Shown piece by piece: positions 59,057-64,000 of a stretch of 64,000 nt of DNA; within the stretch, counting starts at the first letter, position 1, and every line of letters begins with the position of its first letter. Under the pieces are notes generated by a model. It saw nothing but the letters and a program-made list of their open reading frames with translations, was not told where the DNA came from and did not search any database. Location: positions 1 through 64,000 of the IMG/VR virus record IMGVR_UViG_3300025009_000050; one strand, 5' to 3'. Made by a program: the position numbers and the translations under genes.

Positions 59057-59371
59057 ATGATTAATATATATCTTGACGACGTAAGACCATGTCCAGAAGG
59101 TTTCGTACTAGCCAAAACACCAGAAGAATGCATGAATCTACTACGTGATAATGAGGTTAATATACTTTCACTGGATCATGATATTGACTTTAATTTATCA
59201 AGAAAAACTGGTTATGATGTAGCTATGTATATAATTCATAAGAATAAGTATCCAGATATCATTTATCTTCATACTAGTAATCCCGTAGGTAGAGATAACA
59301 TGTACAGATTACTCAAAGTAAACGCTCCATTACATATTGAAATATATCCATGGGCTATGAGGTTAAAATGA
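59057..59371 (+). CDS. Cyclic-phosphate-processing receiver-like domain protein
   Basis: IYLDDVRPCP, LSLDHDI, TGYDVA, IYLHTSNPVGR.NM. Confidence 0.75.
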   Translation: MINIYLDDVRPCPEGFVLAKTPEECMNLLRDNEVNILSLDHDIDFNLSRKTGYDVAMYIIHKNKYPDIIYLHTSNPVGRDNMYRLLKVNAPLHIEIYPWAMRLK

Positions 59372-59939
59372 TTATTGAAAACTATATAAAAACTGATACT
59401 AAACTCATATGTACTGATGATTTTATTTCATCTCGTATAACTGGATGTAAAAAGTTATTTACCAGGGATAAAATGTACGATGTCTACAGGCATGAATATA
59501 ACAACTCGCTTTATACACAGGATGATACTGGATATATAGCACTACTTACGTTTGGATACTCACATGAATATGCATATCGTGGTTTTGTAGTGAAGCATTT
59601 TATACTTGTACATAACATAAATATCTTAGATGAGGTAATAGAATGTATCAGATAGATCAACTTGTTATAATCAAAGATAATGGCGAAAGGTATCCTTACC
59701 ACCATACTTTAGCTGGAGAATTAGGTTATCCGAATGCAGTGATAGATTTCTATGACCATACTGTTAATGACAAGGATACTAATATTCCTAATGGAACAGT
59801 CTGTTATGTATTAGCTAAAGGAATGAAGAAGGAGCATCCTTGTAAAATATGTTATATAGTTTGCTCTCCGAAATTAGATAGAACGATATTGATCGGAGGG
59901 AAAGGTTTGCGCCATATACTTGATGATGAAATAAATTTA

Positions 59940-60042
59940 TGATGTTGCTGGTAGCATAGTAACGGTTCGAATCCGTTAACCGAGAGATAAAATCTAAAGG
60001 TGGCTGGTGCCAAATCTTAGAGGTTCGATTCCTTAGACGTCA
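59940..60042 (+). ncRNA. Tandem anticodon-less tRNA-elbow modules
   Basis: TGATGTT/GACGTCA closing stem; two GG-containing mini-hairpins, each followed by a T-arm (AACGG-TTCGAAT-CCGTT and GAGG-TTCGATT-CCTT). Confidence 0.5.
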
Positions 60043-60121
60043 TAATAAATTGGTGAAGTTGGGTTAGTGTAGGCTATAGACTACCTATCCTTCCTTCACC
60101 TCCGAAAATTAAATAGGGGAG

Positions 60122-60667
60122 ATGATAGTTTTGTTTGGTTTATTAGCATGGTGGAGGAATAGAAGGATTAAGTCTCATACAGAGACAATCATTAGGGATT
60201 TGAATGAGGATCTCAGGGATTTTGATCGTAAGGTTGAGAACCAACTGAATATCTTCAAGCGCATTGTCACTAAGATTAATAAAATCAACAGCAAGATTGA
60301 TAGCAGAATTGTAGTTGCTAGGTCTCAGATTACTGATCTTAATGATCTGGTAGTTAATCTTGAAAGTTCTAGGGCTGCTAACGAGAAAGTTAAGACTAGG
60401 TTCGAAGAGATGGTAATGTAAATGAACTTTGGTATTGACGATTTGGTTCCTAAGTGGATCTTATACCCATTAGCTTATATCTTCGGCATAATATTACTTC
60501 CGATTGGCATAGTATTAGTGCTAGTATACGGAAGAGGCAGAAGTACTACACTATGGACAGACCTACTATATCCAGGAACTTTAGTAGCTTGTGTAACATC
60601 AACGTTAATATTGTGTTTGGTATATCCAATATTCAAGCTAAAGAATATAATTACTAAAAACACTTGA
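60122..60667 (+). other. Coiled-coil membrane-anchored protein (60122-60421) and two-TM protein (60422-60667)
   Basis: Hydrophobic segments; coupled ORFs. Confidence 0.55.
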
Positions 60668-60692
60668 AATTGAATCATAAATGTGGTAAAAT
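60664..60692 (+). promoter_or_regulatory. SigmaA-type promoter
   Basis: TTGAAA-17 nt-TAAAAT with TG extension. Confidence 0.65.
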
Positions 60693-60979
60693 ATCTTTGT
60701 TAGGGATGCATAGTGTGAGCGGTTCAACCTGGCGAACAGAGGACAGGTGTAGTGGATCAAACACGAATCAATTTGATACGTAATACACATTAAATTAATA
60801 GGAACAACATGGTTCTTACAAGAAGAAAACTTATTATCTAAACAAAGTATAAGTTATACTTCACTGTTCCTTAGTTACACTTACTTATTCATACTGAGCA
60901 TACATCACACTTCAAATACTGTAGTACATTCTTTGTACAAAAATAAATTGCTCCGTGTGCAAACTTAACATAAAATATA

Positions 60980-61483
60980 ATGCTTCCGACAAAGTATTAT
61001 CACGAATGCCCTGACATAATGTCAGGGCATTATGAATATGGAGGTTCTATAGTGGAAATGGAATGGGAAAATGAACTACCTCATTTCGAATGGTTCGATA
61101 AAGATATGCATTGTATTATACATAGAAATCCTAGAATGAAAAATCTTAATGGTTATGTAGGAGTTAAGCCCAATCATCCACTACATAGAGTTTCTCATAT
61201 TGATGATTACAGTAAAACTGATAGTCTTCAATGTCATGGTGGCATTACATATTCAGAGGAAGGGCCACACATAGAAGGTATGCTTAAGGGCTACTGGTAC
61301 TTTGGTTTTGATACAGCTCATTCCTTTGATTACGTACCAGGTCTTATTGAAATCGCTAATAAAGTATCAGAGAGATTTCCAATGATTCCTTTACCAATAG
61401 AAGATGAAAAAGTATACAGAAACTTTGAATATGTGATGGATGAAGTTAAACAACTTGCTAAACAGCTTAAGGAAATTAAATAA
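60980..61483 (+). CDS. Conserved phage hypothetical protein
   Basis: NGYVGV...HP...CHGGITYS...W.FGFDTAH..D, a motif of a common phage family. Confidence 0.65.
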   Translation: MLPTKYYHECPDIMSGHYEYGGSIVEMEWENELPHFEWFDKDMHCIIHRNPRMKNLNGYVGVKPNHPLHRVSHIDDYSKTDSLQCHGGITYSEEGPHIEGMLKGYWYFGFDTAHSFDYVPGLIEIANKVSERFPMIPLPIEDEKVYRNFEYVMDEVKQLAKQLKEIK

Positions 61484-61496
61484 GGAGAGTTGCTAA

Positions 61497-62162
61497 TTGG
61501 ATTTAGTAGATGCTTATAATGCGTCAGTAGGTGGGAGAACCCACATTGTTTATGTACTAGACCAGAGTGGTTCAATGAAACCCGTAGAAGAACAAACTAT
61601 ATCAGGATTCAACGAGCAGGTTCAGATGCTCAAAAGTGAGCAAGCTAATAATAATGTCAGTGTTTCGCTCATAAAGTTTAACCATACAGTTAATCCAGTA
61701 TTCCTTAGTGAATCATTAGATTCATTACAAGAGCTTACAAGCGAATCCTATAAGCCTAATGGTGGAACAGCAATGTATGATGCTGTAGGATATGCAATTG
61801 AGCATATCAAGAGTTTATCTGGTAATGAGAACGATTCTATACTGGTTACTATCATTAGTGATGGGGAAGAAAATTCTTCAAAAGAATATACCCAGAACCG
61901 TCTTGCAGAACTAATACAACAATGTAACAGTTCGAATAAGTGGACATTTGCTTATATGGGTGCTAACCAAGACCTATCTAAGATTTCAGAGAATCTAAAC
62001 ATCAAGATTGGTAATATGGCCTCATATACTAATGATGTATTAGGTACAAAAGATGCATTCACTACTATGTCTTGTGCTACCAAAGGTTATATGAGGGGTA
62101 GAGCTGATGGACAGTCTGCTACATTATCATTCTATGATCCTGATTCTGCAACTGATGAATAG
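61497..62162 (+). CDS. VWA-domain protein
   Basis: YVLDQSGSM, P.GGTAMYDAVG, IISDGEEN.S, YMGANQD. Confidence 0.88.
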   Translation: MDLVDAYNASVGGRTHIVYVLDQSGSMKPVEEQTISGFNEQVQMLKSEQANNNVSVSLIKFNHTVNPVFLSESLDSLQELTSESYKPNGGTAMYDAVGYAIEHIKSLSGNENDSILVTIISDGEENSSKEYTQNRLAELIQQCNSSNKWTFAYMGANQDLSKISENLNIKIGNMASYTNDVLGTKDAFTTMSCATKGYMRGRADGQSATLSFYDPDSATDE

Positions 62163-62217
62163 TTAGAGGAGTGAAGCGGATGCAAGAAAGGATGCGACGT
62201 AACACCTTCTAAGGGAG

Positions 62218-63512
62218 GTGGTCATAGTGTCAAGAAGTTATAGACACAATCCATGTGTGGGTGATAGTGGCCCACACTACAGAAAGTATGCTAAGAGATT
62301 AGCTAATAAGAAAGTACGCAAGTTACATGATGTACCGTATGGTAAGGTATATAAAAAATACTTCTGTAGTTATGATATAGTAGATTATAAAAGCTACTGT
62401 ACATTAGGTGAATGGTTATTTCTAGCCAATAGATATGTACCTCATTATGCTTATCGTTATGACGAAAATAATGAGACATGGATAAAGGTAGTAAACGAAT
62501 GTAGTGAAGCTTGGGTTAAACGTAACCAAGAATACTACACAGAAGTTAATTGGAGGAAGTGTTACTACTGGAAGTGATATCACGGTAAAGTACATTTATA
62601 TCGATTATAATCTTCGATTGGCAATCGAAGATGAAGTCTCTTCTGACATCAAAAAAAATCTATACTGGGGAAATCTTGACGAATGTGATTATTATATAAG
62701 GTTAGAACGTAAGAAAGAATCTTGCATCTTTGAATGCTGGCACGAACTAACTTACAAATTCGTTACCTATGAACCAGGAATAGACCTAAGAGAAATAGCT
62801 ATGGATCTCTATAGATCCTATATCAAGTCTAATAGGGTGGAAAAGACATTAGCTCAGAAGAAAAGAGACACGTTACTAGCCATTGATGATGATTTTTAAG
62901 ATGTGATCAAAGTCAGGAGGTGTTATAGTTGGAGGTATACTTACTCTTTGGTTTCGTACCTAATAAACGAGGTAGAGCATATAAGAGGCATCAAAGAATG
63001 CGCATAATAAACTACCGTAGAAATAGAAGGATGGAAGGCCAAAGATCTTGGCGTAATATGCGAAATTATTCTGATAGATATATTGAACAGCCAGGTAGAC
63101 TTGCTAAACATAATACCTCCTGTAGCTGTTGGATGTGTAAATGGGAGAAGAAGAATAGTATTCTTAAACCCAAAGAAAGGCAATCATTAAGGATATATCA
63201 AAGTTATGTTAGATATAAAAGATGTTATGATATTTAATGATACCGCAAAGGTAGTGATTCAATATGAAGATAAGGATGTACTACACACTAGAAGGAATGA
63301 TAGAAGCAGAGGTAAGAAATCCATATGACTATGGACATCTAGTTGAGGTATTAGATGAGATAAGTGATCGAGACCTTTTATCAGGGCTACATAGAGAAAC
63401 ATTTGATGGAAGACTATCTAATGTTGAACTTGTTTCTGCTGAATCAGAACCAGATGGTAAAGGTTTCGTTGTATTCTATTATCCGAAGATTGATGACATT
63501 CAGAACCAGTAA
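62218..63512 (+). other. Run of hypothetical ORFs (~62227-62577, ~62570-62899, 62929-63237, 63264-63512)
   Basis: Basic phage-type proteins; 62929 has R..RRHQ..R and CSCWMC. Confidence 0.55.
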
Positions 63513-63734
63513 AGGGGAATCATTCAATTGATTTAAAAACCGCCATTAGAAACATTTACCCATTGAAAACTAAATATGGTGATGTAGTTCATACCATTAA
63601 GAAAGACAATGGTTACTGGCTACAGATCAAAGGTGGATATTTAATAGAAGTACCGGAAGAAAACTTTACTAAGATTAGTAATGATCTTAGAGAATTTATT
63701 GCTAAGCAATTATAGGCGGTTATACCGCCTACAT

Positions 63735-63808
63735 GTGGTAGTAGTTCAACGGTAGAACAACGGCTTCCAACACCGTAGATTTGGGTCCAATTCCTAACTA
63801 CCATGCCA
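63735..63808 (+). tRNA. tRNA-Trp(CCA) with atypical T-loop and anticodon-stem mismatch
   Basis: Acceptor GTGGTAG/CTACCAT plus G73 CCA; D-arm TAGTTCAACGGTAGAAC; ACGGC-TT CCA AC-ACCGT; T-loop TCCAATT. Confidence 0.8.
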
Positions 63809-64000
63809 ATATAAACTAGGAGCAGTGATCATGATTACCTATGAAGTAGATGGATACTTTAAAACTCAGCTTATCACTCATGAGAAAGAATTTGATATTG
63901 AATCACTTAGATATATGTACCAAGAAGCTCTTAATTACATAGAGTACAAGCATGGGAGTATCACAGAAGTAGCTGATATACTATGTGGAATGTTTGGTTT

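Larger units (their letters stand above)
57741..59942 (+). other. Cluster of small beta-rich paralogs (57741, 57941, 58143, 58593, 58801, 59368, 59643)
   Basis: Shared xxC...DKIY or F/YxxDQ.V motifs; interspersed with a tRNA and a receiver-domain gene. Confidence 0.55.

Noticed and set aside
63735-63808. Reading this tRNA as Gly(TCC)
   Set aside because: The stem register places CCA at positions 34-36, and the D-arm and G73 match Firmicutes tRNA-Trp.
1-64000. CRISPR array, DGR/retron reverse transcriptase, transposase or integrase
   Set aside because: No regularly spaced repeats, RT (YxDD) motifs, or DDE/tyrosine/serine recombinase motifs were seen by eye.
1-64000. Stop-codon reassignment
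   Set aside because: Long conserved genes (dnaE, nrdD, UvrD, recA) are uninterrupted in code 11, all three stops end genes, and no suppressor tRNA was seen.
1-64000. The many minus-strand ORFs in the track
   Set aside because: All overlap well-supported plus-strand genes and show no recognisable motifs.

Overview
A 64-kb internal segment of a large, AT-rich dsDNA phage genome. Essentially every supportable gene lies on the + strand, with Firmicutes-type Shine-Dalgarno sites and sigmaA-like promoters; class III RNR and ThyX point to an anaerobic Bacillota host (inference). Recognisable content falls into four groups. (1) Replication and nucleotide genes: dnaE, dnaG, ssb, recA, UvrD/PcrA, a SNF2 helicase split by a group I intron, RNase H, nrdD/nrdG, thyX, dut and family-4 UDG. 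(2) NAD+/ADP-ribose counter-defence candidates: NAMPT+NMNAT, PnuC, NADAR and SLOG. (3) RNA repair candidates: RtcB, a divergent CCA-like nucleotidyltransferase, an HD alarmone hydrolase and a cyclic-phosphate receiver domain. (4) RNA genes: two tRNAs with altered T-loops and a tmRNA. Two things stand out. The tmRNA gene is about twice normal length because a ~400-nt insert carrying tRNA-like modules sits between pk4 and helix 2. There is also a complete phage-encoded ubiquitin-like module (tandem di-Ubl precursor, E2-like, JAB, E1) next to a MoxR/VWA pair. Several anticodon-less tRNA-elbow mimics, candidate ncRNAs and expanded small-protein paralog families also occur. All calls come from motif recognition by eye; no searches or folding programs were run.
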